55,746 nt of DNA from a virus. Taxonomy: Duplodnaviria > Caudoviricetes. Below, in pieces: positions 26,695 through 37,500 of the stretch. The notes below the pieces were generated by a model. It saw nothing but the letters and a program-made list of their open reading frames with translations, was not told the origin of the DNA and did not search any database. The stretch covers positions 1 to 55,746 of the IMG/VR virus record IMGVR_UViG_3300030108_001317; one strand, given 5' to 3'. Position numbers and translations under genes: made by a program. Every line of letters begins with the position of its first letter. Positions within the stretch are counted from its first letter, which is position 1.

Positions 26695-27497
26695 CAGATA
26701 AACACACTTCAGAATCGGGGCATTGGTATACAAAAGAAGGTGAACCCATGTATACAATCACAGGTGCTAACGGAAAAGAAAGGAACACTACACTAGCTGA
26801 TGCTAGAAAGCTTGGACTTGTTCCTTCAGTCACAGGGATTATAGGTGTATCGGCTAAACCGGCATTAGAGCGTTGGAAGATAACTGAAGCAATTAAATCA
26901 ACAATGGTTTTAAAAATAGAATCGGATGAAACCATAGACGAATATGTTAGTAGGTGCAGAGAGCATTCTAAATTAGTAGGCACTAAGTCAGCAGAGAGAG
27001 GGAGTGAGATTCATTATGAGATAGAGCAAGGCTTTGTGTCGGGTGTAAAAACAGAGCCTTATCTAGCTATTATGGATTGGCTAGACGATAACTTCCCCTT
27101 AGAGACATGGATAGCAGAAGAAGCTTTTTGTGCAAAAGAGGGGTACGGGGGGAAGATTGATTTGTATTCTAAAAGGGGCATATTTATAGACTTCAAGACC
27201 AAAGACGACCTGAAAGGCAAAGACCCTAAGAGATTAGTCTATGACGAACATGGTATGCAGTTATCGGCTTACGCTCAAGGGTGCGGATATGATAAGGCAG
27301 AGAGAGTATCTATATTCATAGATAGGGAGGACACAAGTTTGATTGCTTGTCATATTTGGGATGATACCCATGAGAAGCATAAAGATATGTTTAATAGTCT
27401 TCTGAGATTTTGGAAGCTAAATAAAAACTATGACCCTGTAGAAGCATGGTCAAATATTGAACCTTCAATAGATAAGGAGAAAAAAAATGTATCTTGA
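26691..27497 (+). CDS. PD-(D/E)XK exonuclease
   Basis: PSVTGI, RGSEIH, YGGKIDL, IDFKT, QLSAY. Confidence 0.85.
   Translation: MTDKHTSESGHWYTKEGEPMYTITGANGKERNTTLADARKLGLVPSVTGIIGVSAKPALERWKITEAIKSTMVLKIESDETIDEYVSRCREHSKLVGTKSAERGSEIHYEIEQGFVSGVKTEPYLAIMDWLDDNFPLETWIAEEAFCAKEGYGGKIDLYSKRGIFIDFKTKDDLKGKDPKRLVYDEHGMQLSAYAQGCGYDKAERVSIFIDREDTSLIACHIWDDTHEKHKDMFNSLLRFWKLNKNYDPVEAWSNIEPSIDKEKKNVS
27455..27470. promoter_or_regulatory. Palindromic site, copy 7 (end of exonuclease gene)
   Basis: TATTGAACCTTCAATA just upstream of the next gene's SD. Confidence 0.55.
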
Positions 27498-27723
27498 TTA
27501 TGAGGAACAGGACACATACGAGAGAGCGATTATAGGCTTTATACAAGTGTCTTCAAGAAGAGGACTGAATCCAAAGCTTACAGAAGAAAACGACAAGCTT
27601 ATCATTAAGTTTGAATACAACGGATTAGATATAGAACACACAACGAACAAGAAAGATTTTGTCAAAGCAGACAAGATTGAACTACTAGATTTATTAACCA
27701 ATAAAGGAGCAGATAATGGATGA
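27487..27723 (+). CDS. Hypothetical protein
   Basis: AAGGAG SD. Confidence 0.6.
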   Translation: MYLDYEEQDTYERAIIGFIQVSSRRGLNPKLTEENDKLIIKFEYNGLDIEHTTNKKDFVKADKIELLDLLTNKGADNG

Positions 27724-27889
27724 ATACGGTATAGCAATATGGGATTTACAATTCTATAAATTGGATGATGAAGGCAACGAACTCAAAAATCCTGACGGTA
27801 CAGTAAAGCTATTTCAATTAAAGAGAGATATAGATTGTTCTCAAGTTGCAGAGTGGTTTTCAAATGATGAATTAGAGGAGATAGCATAA
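27716..27889 (+). CDS. 57-aa hypothetical (not in ORF track)
   Basis: AAGGAG SD; FYKLDDEGNELKNPDGTVKLF; TAATG coupling. Confidence 0.6.
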   Translation: MDEYGIAIWDLQFYKLDDEGNELKNPDGTVKLFQLKRDIDCSQVAEWFSNDELEEIA

Positions 27890-28608
27890 TGGCTAAAGAT
27901 TATACTTTCAAAGAAGTATGGGACACTCTATCGAAGGTAGATGTCAATGAACATACAGACGAAAAACAGGGTTTGACTTATCTTTCATGGGCTTGGGCTT
28001 GGGGAATAATGATGAAGCATTATCCGGAGTTTGAGTTTAGTTTTTACGAGTCTGAGGATAACCTTCCTTATGTCTCTTTGCCTGACGGAAGTGCAGAAGT
28101 TAGATGCACGGTTACCATAGGAAACTTATCTAGGACTCAATCCTTACCATTGTCTGTTGGTTTTAAACCTATAATCAATCCTAATGCTTTTCAGATTAAT
28201 ACTGCAAAGCAAAGATGTTTGACTAAGTGTTTAGGAATCTATGGATTAGGGCATTACATTTATGCGGGAGAGGATTTGCCACAGGAGGATGATAATCCCG
28301 TAAAAAAGAAAGCTAAACCGGCACCTAAGAAACAAGAAGCAGTTGCGGTTGAGGATATACCACAAGAAGAACCTGTATTGTACGAAGGCGAACTTTTTGA
28401 GCCACAATACTTTGTTACAAAGTTTTTAGATACTCTCAAGGAGTTTCCTGTAGAAACTAAGAGTCAGTTAGACGATATGTATAGTAAACACAGAGAGCAA
28501 TTTAAATTGGTGCAAACACACGCTCCAAAGTTGTATGAAGATACTGTGGAGTTTTTTAAGAAACTTAAAGAAGAATTACCCGAAACTAAACAAGGAGAAG
28601 AAAAATGA
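27889..28608 (+). CDS. Sak/Rad52-like single-strand annealing protein (DUF1071)
   Basis: LTYLSWAWAW, INTAKQRCLTKCLG..GLG.YIYAGED. Confidence 0.85.
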   Translation: MAKDYTFKEVWDTLSKVDVNEHTDEKQGLTYLSWAWAWGIMMKHYPEFEFSFYESEDNLPYVSLPDGSAEVRCTVTIGNLSRTQSLPLSVGFKPIINPNAFQINTAKQRCLTKCLGIYGLGHYIYAGEDLPQEDDNPVKKKAKPAPKKQEAVAVEDIPQEEPVLYEGELFEPQYFVTKFLDTLKEFPVETKSQLDDMYSKHREQFKLVQTHAPKLYEDTVEFFKKLKEELPETKQGEEK

Positions 28609-28940
28609 CGGAGAAGAAATACATATCCGGAGAAGGAGCAATCTTTAAAAACAAATATAAAAAGCTTGACGGACATCCCGACAACAAAGGAAGTTTGCTA
28701 GTGCCTAAATCTTTGCTTAAGAAAATGGCAGAAGCCTTTCAGAACGGTGAAACGGAAATGAATAATAAGAAACCGCCGGAGGAATGTATCAAAATGGATT
28801 TAGCGACATGGGACAGGGTGGCTAAAACAGGCACAAATTATTCATACGCAAAACTAGAAATGCCTTATAAAAAGGCGGAACCTGAACCGGTAACGCAAGA
28901 AGCAGTTGCAGAGGTTACGGACGAGGATATACCTTTCTGA
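28605..28940 (+). CDS. Putative single-stranded DNA-binding protein
   Basis: G.G.IFKNKYK...HPD..G N-terminus and acidic C-terminal DEDIPF; follows the annealase. Confidence 0.6.
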   Translation: MTEKKYISGEGAIFKNKYKKLDGHPDNKGSLLVPKSLLKKMAEAFQNGETEMNNKKPPEECIKMDLATWDRVAKTGTNYSYAKLEMPYKKAEPEPVTQEAVAEVTDEDIPF

Positions 28941-29215
28941 TGAAATTTAGGAGTAAAGCCTACTTAGAGCACATTAGAACTCATGCTTGTTTAGTGTGTG
29001 GCAGAGAAGGTGAGCACGCTCACCACCTTAGACACGCTGAACAGAAGGGGTGGGGAACTAAAAATTCAGATGAATATGCTGTTCCACTTTGTGCTGATTG
29101 CCACATGAATTGTCATACTAAAGGGGATGAAAGCTTGTGGTGGGCTTTGAATGGTATAGATGCTTTAGCATGGGCGGAAAAAACCTTTGCTGAGTATAAC
29201 GGTAATAAACATTGA
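28940..29215 (+). CDS. DUF968/HNH-like Zn-binding protein
   Basis: RSKAYL..IR..ACLVCG...AHHL...K.SD..AVPLC..CH..H. Confidence 0.75.
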   Translation: MKFRSKAYLEHIRTHACLVCGREGEHAHHLRHAEQKGWGTKNSDEYAVPLCADCHMNCHTKGDESLWWALNGIDALAWAEKTFAEYNGNKH

Positions 29216-29225
29216 ATGTTCAATG
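29210..29225. promoter_or_regulatory. Palindromic site, copy 8
   Basis: AAACATTGAATGTTCAATGTTT with symmetric C/G substitutions. Confidence 0.6.
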
Positions 29226-29386
29226 TTTAGTGTAGCTAGGAGTGAGCCTTTATAAAATCCTGAAGTCTGAACTACTAAGATTATATCTGTTTGTAGGGTG
29301 ACGAAGTAGGTTGAGGATGAAAGTAAATAAGTGCTAAACCACCATGCACTAGCTACACACTTACTGATGATAGTAGTAGGAGAAAA

Positions 29387-29599
29387 ATGAAAACATACAT
29401 GATTAGAGCAGAAAGAAAAATGATTGGTTACTACCATATCAAAACTAAATCTTTTGAAGAAGCTAAAAGACAAGCAAGTTATCAAATGGATGTGAATCCA
29501 CAAAACTGTTTGGAAGAAGAGAAATATGAGGAGATAGTTTTGCCCGAAGAGCCAATGTTAATTGAACCATACAACGAATTTATAAAGGAGAAAAAATAA
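29387..29599 (+). CDS. Hypothetical protein
   Basis: AGGAG SD. Confidence 0.6.
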   Translation: MKTYMIRAERKMIGYYHIKTKSFEEAKRQASYQMDVNPQNCLEEEKYEEIVLPEEPMLIEPYNEFIKEKK

Positions 29600-29799
29600 T
29601 GGGTAGACCAAAAAAACAAATTAGAAAAAGAGACAAAGTATTTAACTTCATGGACAAAGCCATAGACCTAGTTAAAAATAAATGGAGAACGTATATCAAG
29701 GCTACTATAGGTTTAGCAATAGCATCTTTGTTTATATATGTGGTGTTCTTTTGGATTGATACGGTGCAAGAGATACGTTTTGAAATAATATACATCTAG
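29599..29799 (+). CDS. Small single-TM protein
   Basis: Basic N-terminus plus a hydrophobic segment. Confidence 0.55.
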   Translation: MGRPKKQIRKRDKVFNFMDKAIDLVKNKWRTYIKATIGLAIASLFIYVVFFWIDTVQEIRFEIIYI

Positions 29800-29809
29800 G
29801 AGTGCAACA

Positions 29810-30217
29810 ATGAGTGTAAGAGATATGGCTATGACGTTTGAAGCTATACAGAGTTATATGCGAAAAGACGTAAAAGGAATCAATCTGACTTTAGTTATAC
29901 ATCCTGACGATTTACCTGAAGATTTATTTAGGCAACCTACAGGGTCACGGTATCAAGTGGCTATGGTTTTGATGAACGACCAAGAGCAACCGGTTATGCC
30001 TACAATGAAAGCTGAAGGCAAAAAGGCAGTTGCACAAGCCGGACTGCTGTGCAGAGAGAAAAGGTTTTGGGCTTTCTTAGGAGTGTTTACAGAGGAGGAT
30101 GCGGTTAAAGAACTTAAAGAAAGAATCAACATACAGAGCAGAGCAGAACTAGCAGATAACAAAATAGCAAGAGAAGACTTTAGGGAGTTAATAAATGAAT
30201 TTAACAAAAGTTACTGA
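29810..30217 (+). CDS. Hypothetical conserved phage protein
   Basis: IHPDDLP...GSRY, AGLLC....FW.FL, I.SRAEL motifs. Confidence 0.6.
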   Translation: MSVRDMAMTFEAIQSYMRKDVKGINLTLVIHPDDLPEDLFRQPTGSRYQVAMVLMNDQEQPVMPTMKAEGKKAVAQAGLLCREKRFWAFLGVFTEEDAVKELKERINIQSRAELADNKIAREDFRELINEFNKSY

Positions 30218-30566
30218 CCCAAAGAAGCAAAAATGGTGGAAATGGCACAAAAAAAACCCTAAAGTATGGGAGTTATTTCAAAGATTTACCTTTGAAGCTA
30301 TAAGAGCCGGAAAGAAAAATTATAGCCATTGGGCGATAATGCAACGGATTAGGTGGGAGACAGATATAGTAACTAAAGGTAATTCGTTTAAAATATCGAA
30401 TGATTGGATAGCTTATTATGCTAGATTCTTTCATCACACATATCCTGAGTACAAGGGATTCTTCACCACAAAACCATTGAAACACGAAAGGGGAGGTCAA
30501 TATGGCATTATTCAAGAAAAAGAAGAAGAAAACCGTCTTAGAGCAGAACAAAGATACAACAGTTAG
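30195..30566 (+). CDS. Hypothetical conserved phage protein
   Basis: H..NP.VW.LF, RIRWE, FKISND..AYYAR motifs. Confidence 0.6.
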   Translation: MNLTKVTDPKKQKWWKWHKKNPKVWELFQRFTFEAIRAGKKNYSHWAIMQRIRWETDIVTKGNSFKISNDWIAYYARFFHHTYPEYKGFFTTKPLKHERGGQYGIIQEKEEENRLRAEQRYNS

Positions 30567-30592
30567 TTTACCTGTTGGACTAGAAAAAAAGA

Positions 30593-31279
30593 GTGTTGAG
30601 CAGAAACACAAAAAAGAACGAGATTAGAATTGTAAAGTCAGGTGTCTATGTTTTGATACTTGACGGAATTGTTGTCTACGTGGGCGAGAGTAAAAGTGTT
30701 TACTCTAGGATAGGTGCTCACGTAAAAGATTCTAAGAAAAGATTCGATTCTGTAAGAATATTGCCTTGTCAGGAGCATAGACGTAAGTATTGGGAAGCGG
30801 TACTAATAGATAGGTATCAACCATTATTTAACAAAACAGGCAAAGATAAAGAAACTAATCGCAGACATATTTTTGAATTAGGAAAGATAAACAAGAGACA
30901 ATACAAACAAGTTAAAAAGTGCGAAAACTGCAAAAATCAAGACAAAATCTTTTTAGGTCTTTCTAATTCAAGTGCTTTTGCACCTTTACAGGTAGGCACA
31001 GGCACTACAGCTTTTCCTTACTCTGTAACTAATGCTTGTACGAGTGCCGGTTCTATTTTTTTAGAAACAACGTCTGCATCAAATGATGAATACATCCGCC
31101 TTGCACATATGGAAGAAGCACAAAAAAAGAAAAGGGTTTGGGATGAAAGTTTAGGATATTCAGAGAAGTTACATAACTCCTTGGACAAAGGATTTAAAAC
31201 ATCTAATCCTTTTTCCCACAAAGTATCAACATCAATTACTGACCCTGAAGGCTACGAAAAATTAATCAAAGCAACTTAA
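30593..31279 (+). CDS. GIY-YIG-like nuclease domain protein
   Basis: SGVYVL...VVYVGES...RI..H...E..LI..YQP.FN. Confidence 0.65.
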   Translation: MLSRNTKKNEIRIVKSGVYVLILDGIVVYVGESKSVYSRIGAHVKDSKKRFDSVRILPCQEHRRKYWEAVLIDRYQPLFNKTGKDKETNRRHIFELGKINKRQYKQVKKCENCKNQDKIFLGLSNSSAFAPLQVGTGTTAFPYSVTNACTSAGSIFLETTSASNDEYIRLAHMEEAQKKKRVWDESLGYSEKLHNSLDKGFKTSNPFSHKVSTSITDPEGYEKLIKAT

Positions 31280-31516
31280 CCTATTGCTACATTTACCACA
31301 GCAGTTGTAATTGCCCATCGAGCTAGTCGTTTTGGATATATAGCCTCTAACCCGCATAAATTGACCCAAAAAGCCACCAGATTCTCGCTGCCATCTGGCT
31401 GCCTCGCTGCGTGGTTTCAGATATATTGCTTGAAAGCCTTGTTTTATAGGGATTTATTGATTACCTACTGCTGTATTCTTGTATCAGTAGTATTTGCAAC
31501 ACCGCAGTTGGTCAAA

Positions 31517-31532
31517 TATTGAACGTTCAATA
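31517..31532. promoter_or_regulatory. Palindromic site, copy 9
   Basis: Perfect 22-mer abutting the stop codon of the giant gene. Confidence 0.7.
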
Positions 31533-31533
31533 T

Positions 31534-34500
31534 TTACTGTCTCGCTTGTCTTATGTCTTCAAACAAGCCTTTCTCTAGTTTCATTCTTCGGTCATTTATA
31601 CCTTCGAGTATGAAGTTTCTTAAATCTTGTAATTCTGTGATTCGCTCAGTCTTTCTTTCTCCTGACAAATCACTATTCATAATTCTTCGTTCTTCTAAGT
31701 AAGTTTCTCTTAAAGTTTCATTAATATTATTCAAGTCTTGAGTTAAACTTTTAAGTTCTTGCATGTACTCGGTTCTATACTGTTCAGTTAAATTTAATGC
31801 AAATTGGTCGCCTTCTTTTAACATTCTGTCTTGATTAGTCTTCATACTGCTAAGAAGATTATCGGCAGTTTCTTTTAATAAATAAAAGTCATTTTCTTGT
31901 CCTCTACCCTCTTTAGGTAACAAAAGAGCACCGACTGCGGGTTTCTCGTCAAGCCTACTGACAGGTCTATCAGGCATATCTAAAAACTCTCTGCTGTAAG
32001 CGTCAGTAGCGTTTGCTATCCACGCTCCTATTGTTCCTGTATATCCTCTCCATAAATTATCTATTTCTAGTGGAGAAATAATCCCGCCTGTTTCTTCGCT
32101 TAACTCTTTCCACAGATTGTTTGTGTTTGCTCTGTACTGTAATTCTTTATCTAAGTTTTGCATATTAGGCGGTACAATCGGACGACCTGTATAAAAATCG
32201 TACCCTGTCATTACTTCTAGCGGGGCGTTGAGTATGGTAGCCTGTCTTGGGTCTATAGCTAGAGATTGACCTATCCTTCTTAAAACACCTTTCGTTACTT
32301 GTGAGCCTGTCTCTTTTTCATCAAAATATCTTAATATCCTCATAGGGATAGTGTATGTAAGTAAACCCACCTCAAAAGGTATAGGTATAGCTATAACCTC
32401 ACCACCAACTTTGAAGGGCAATATATAGTAATTGTCTCTTTGTTCTTCGCTTGCTTCTTCAAAAGGCTCACTATCCTTCATAAATATATACATGAGTGGT
32501 GTCAATGAAGCTAACATACCCATTCTCAAAGCGAAAGCCCTTCTTCTAGCCTGTTTAGATGTTTGTGGTTGTCCGTATGCACCTGTCGCACCACGATAGA
32601 AAACATCAACACCTTGAAGTCTAGGATTTTGAAACGGTATTACCGTTGCTAAGTATTGCATCACAGGATTTTTACCTCTCCTAGTAAAGTTCAAAACTTC
32701 CATAGCCATAAATACAGCTTCAGCTTCGTTTCCTGTTTTTTCCAAAACATCTTCATATACTGCCAATCTTGTCGCCGCATCTGAGGATATAGTGCCTTCG
32801 CCTATTAGTTCCCAAAGTCCTAAGACTATATCTATCGGTGCACCGGCTATTGTCTGTAAAGTATTTCTGTTATTGATACCAGCTTTTTTATAAGCTGCTT
32901 TTATAAGTTTTTGTGAATCATCAATCTCTCTAACAACTGCGTCATAACCTGACACTATGCCCGCCCTTCTCATTTGTGTAACGCCTTCAGGGATGTAATC
33001 TTTATCTGTGAAAGGCAATCTGTTAGCAATCATGCCACTCCAAACTCTAGTCCAATTTTTCAAGCTTGTCGCAAGTGGTATAAAGTTACCCCCTAATATA
33101 GTTTGTGCTGATATGGAATCTCTTAGTATTTGTCTTATCCAGAAATCAGGGGTTCTTGTGATAAGAGCACTTAAAAGTTCTTTAGGAGCAGCAGTAAATC
33201 GTGAAAAAGCACCACCAAAAGTAATCGGTCCACCTTCAAAGTTTTGAAAAGCTTCGTACAAATCAACATCATCAACAGCAAAAGATTTATTTTTACCACC
33301 TACTCTTATGTTAACTATATTATTACCCGAAGCATTTAATGGTACTTGCTGTGCAAATCCTGCATCTACCATATCTCTTACCACACGATTAGCCGCTATG
33401 TTCTTCATACCTAAAGTTATAGCTGCTCGTAAATTATCAGCTATACCTGATATTGGGTCTACTATGTCTTTATCTTCACTTCCTTTTGCTCTTACAAAGA
33501 TATTTCTACGCATAGTCATACCTTTGAATATTTGTGGACCCTTGGTTAATATATTACCGTCTTGGTCTCTTCCCATCATTCTATAAAATGGAAAGTAGTC
33601 AGCGTGTGCAGTCCATTTTTGAGCTGTTTTTTCGTCTAATACGCCAGTATCTACTAAAAATTTAACTACGTGCTGGTCCCACCTGTCATAAGCTTCAGAC
33701 ATTTCTTTTAATTCTGGATAATCATTTAAAGCTTGAGCAGCATCTTTTCTGTCTTGTGCTGTTGTTTTTACCGGTTTTCCTTCTTTATCAAAACGAGTTT
33801 CACGTTTAGCTATACGTACAGCTTGAAAAGCCCACATAAGTTGAGGATTTAAAAAAGCTGGGGTTAAAAACTCCATAGGAGGTGCAACTGCCTTACCGTC
33901 TATAGGAGAAACGGTCTCAACACGAACATAACCTTTTTCGTCATAAACAGGTATACCTTCTGCAAAAGCTGCTCTAAATACTTCACCTGACCTATCTGAA
34001 AACAACAAAGCACTTATACCCGATACGTCAGCAGTTAGCATTTCTTCTTTTATGCCTCTTGCTCTAGCTGCTTGTATACCTACTGTGTTAAATCTTGCAT
34101 ATCTATCTACAAGCTGTTCCCTTATAGCATCTTCAGTCATGTAACCTTTTGCTGTTCTTAAAATAATGCTACCCATAGAAGGAGCATCATCAAAATCATC
34201 TCTTATGGTTAATTTCTGAACTAAACGTTCTGTTTTGTCGTCTAATTTTTTACCTGAATTTTTAAAAGAATATTTTGGATTTAATACATCTTTTAAAATT
34301 ATTGATTCGGGGTCTTTTAATTCTTGAATGTAAGCGGCTCTTATAGCGTCAGGAGAAGCATTTAAATTAAATTTAGGGGTAAGACCATTATTGATAAGTC
34401 TTTCGTTGATGCCTTTAGCACCTTCGATTGCTTCTTGTAAGTCTACTACTTCAGAGAGGACAGCTTCTTGTTCAGCAATTTGGCTGCTTTCTCTGAGAAT

Positions 34501-37500
34501 TCTTCTGACTTGAGATTCTCTTCCTCCGAAAAGAGAGGAAGGGAGGATTCCCGTATCTTGTCTGATGACTTGTTGATTTTTTCCGCCATTGTTATCTATC
34601 CATGCAAAACCGTCTGTTACATATTTTACCCTATGAAATGTGTCTATAGGAGTATTTTTTACATCTTCTAAATATGTAGGGGGTACTAACCTACCTGTTT
34701 TAGCAAAACGTTCATACATTCTGCCTAACGCAATACGATAATCTACATCAACTAAAACAGTTTTTACGTTATAGCCGTTCTCTTTTAATTCATCTATTGT
34801 TTCCTGTATTTTTTTTCGTTTTCCATATCCTCCGACTCTTGGTAATAAAATGTTTTTACCTTCGTTTATTAGGTCACGCCTAACATTATTTGCCAACATA
34901 GAAGCTTCATCATGTGTAGCATTTGCACCTACTCCACCTGCATATTCAGGTATTATTTTTTTAGCATCATCGCTATCTACTATTGCTAATTTGTAATTTT
35001 TAGCTATTTCTTCTGCAAAGAATGATTTTCCGGAGGCTGGTGGTCCTAATAATATGTAAGCTTGTCGGTTGTTTGGTACGGGAGTAGGACTATAACTTTC
35101 TGCCACATCCATTAAAAATTTTGTGGCTTTAGGAAGACCTTTTACACGTTTATTATTAATGATAAAGTCTCTTGTTCTTATATATGTATCATTTAAAAAC
35201 CATTGTTCTCCATATAAATTTATATATTTATTTTTTGTAGTCTCTAATTCAGACATTCTATTCATGCCTTCTAAAGAAGCTGGGTGGTCTGCTAAATCAA
35301 GTATATCTACACCCTTGTTCATTAGTTCTAACAAATCCTTTTTAGCATTTGTAAAAGCTATATCATCTAAAGGCGTAGAAAGTTTTAATTTTTTACTTAA
35401 TTTTCTTTCTTCTAATGTAGCTTGACCCTCCATTATTGATGGTCTGCCGTAAACACGTAGATTGTCTGTTATCTGTTTGCCCCGTGTTCCTTTACGTGTC
35501 ATAAACTCATTAGGTGACATTTTGTATTTAGGTTTTAAAGGACCTAAATCTAACTTTCTTCTTGGTACAGGTTGAGGCGGAGTTTCAGCTTGATATGTAA
35601 TTTCACGTTTCGGTGCTGCAATTAGTGCATTTGAACCTACTAATAAGTAATCTGTTGCTGGTAAAGAAGGTTGAGCAAAAGCAGGTGGACGTAATCCAAA
35701 CATAATATCTTTATCCAACATTACTTTTTCTTTATCTATTGTATATTCTGTTATTTGTTTGCTATCTCCGAATATTTCAAAGGGTGTGCTTACAAATTCA
35801 TTAGCTATTCTTGTTGCTTCTTCAAGATTATTTGTAGCTACTGTAGATGTTCCTTTTGCTATATCTCCTACTACATATACCGGAAACGTATCAGGATAAC
35901 CTTTTTTCTTAAGAGTATTTTGAGTTGAGTGAAACAGTTGAGACTGCGTTACTCCTACTTCTAAGTTTTCTACTGACCTACCTAATCTTCTAACAACATT
36001 TGGATTATTTATTATGTTTCTTCCAAATATGTTTTGTGCTATTTGATTAATATCGTTTCCATACTCTTCATTTATAGCACCTTTTATAAACTCCATTGTT
36101 AAAGTAGTAGGTCTTTGTTGAACATTAGCAAGTTTAAACTTAAGATTTGGTGCATCTTGCAAAGGTCTTTTATAATCAGGTGATGCTCTATCGGCAGCAT
36201 CAGGAAAGTATTCGTTGCCTATGCTTGTTTCTGTGACTCTTAATAAGTCAGCAAATTCACTAACTAATATTCTATTAGTTCTAACTACAGGTGTTTGTAC
36301 CTCGTAATTTCTAGTAGGTGCTCCAAATTCATCTACACCAGTTATTTCAACTGATTGTTTTACGTCACCATATCTCTCTCTAGTTCCTATTTCTCCACCT
36401 AAAAGCTTATCGAAAACATCTTCGTAAGTTTGATAACCTAATTCATTTAAACCATTATTTATACTGGTAAAAAACTTTTTAGTTCTTTCCATTAAACTTC
36501 TAGGTTTACCTGATAATTTTTTATTTTCTATATAATCTTCAAACAATAAAGCGTTAGCTTCTTCTAATAAATCTACAGAGTTTAAATTTTGATTATCAAG
36601 AGCGTTGTATCTAAACTCAACCGCTTCAAGATATGTAGGCATTCTGCCCAACTCAGTTTTTAAAATATTTAACTGTTCTTTACCTAAAACTTCTATAGCT
36701 GTTTTATTATTTAATTGATTGTTTCTTACATAGTTATCTAAATTTGCTCTCTCTTGAGGGGAAAATAAATCTAAAAATACAGCAGCATGAAATAACTCAT
36801 GTCCCATAGTTTTAGATAAATTATTTAAAACTTCTTGTTCTGTTGTAGTTCCTTCTTTAGCTTTAGCTACACTTAAAAATACTTCTGACCATATTGGGTC
36901 AAATTGACCTTCTGCATCAGGATTAGCTTGACCTACTCTAGTTTGTATAGCTTTATCTAGTCTTACTGAAATTTCAGGCAAATTCATTTTTTCAAACGCT
37001 GTGCCTAATAAATTTCTAAATTTTTGTATATCTTTTAGTTCTTGTTTTGCTGTGGGGTCGTTTTGTATTTTAGACTGTTCTATACTGTTGAGTGTCCATT
37101 CACCATTAGCATTAAATTTATATTTACTACCCTTTTGGTCAACTATTCCAGCAGAAACAAGGTCTTGGCGTAACCTAGTAGCTACACGTTTATCTGCTAA
37201 ATTATTGGGATTTAAACCTAATGCTTTGACTATGTTAGGTATGGTAGGTGTAGAACCCGTATTTAAAACTTCAACTACTTGATTGTATTCGTTTAATGTA
37301 TACGGACGTGGTGAAAAATCAGGCAAAGAAATAATATTACCTTCGTGTGCGGGTAAGGTATTTAAAAAAGAATAAACTAATCTTTTTTGTTGACCGTTGA
37401 GTTTATTAAAATTTGCCTCACCTGTTAAACGTAAAGATAAAGATTTGAAACCATTTGATTTGGTGTCTATATTAACGTTTAATTTTTTGCCAAGATTTTC

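Noticed and set aside
26691-27497. Cas4/CRISPR association
   Set aside because: No Fe-S Cys cluster or array; the Sak and SSB context indicates a recombination exonuclease.
29364-29385. Second hammerhead (CTGATGA)
   Set aside because: No stem II followed by GAAA, and no matching stems I/III.
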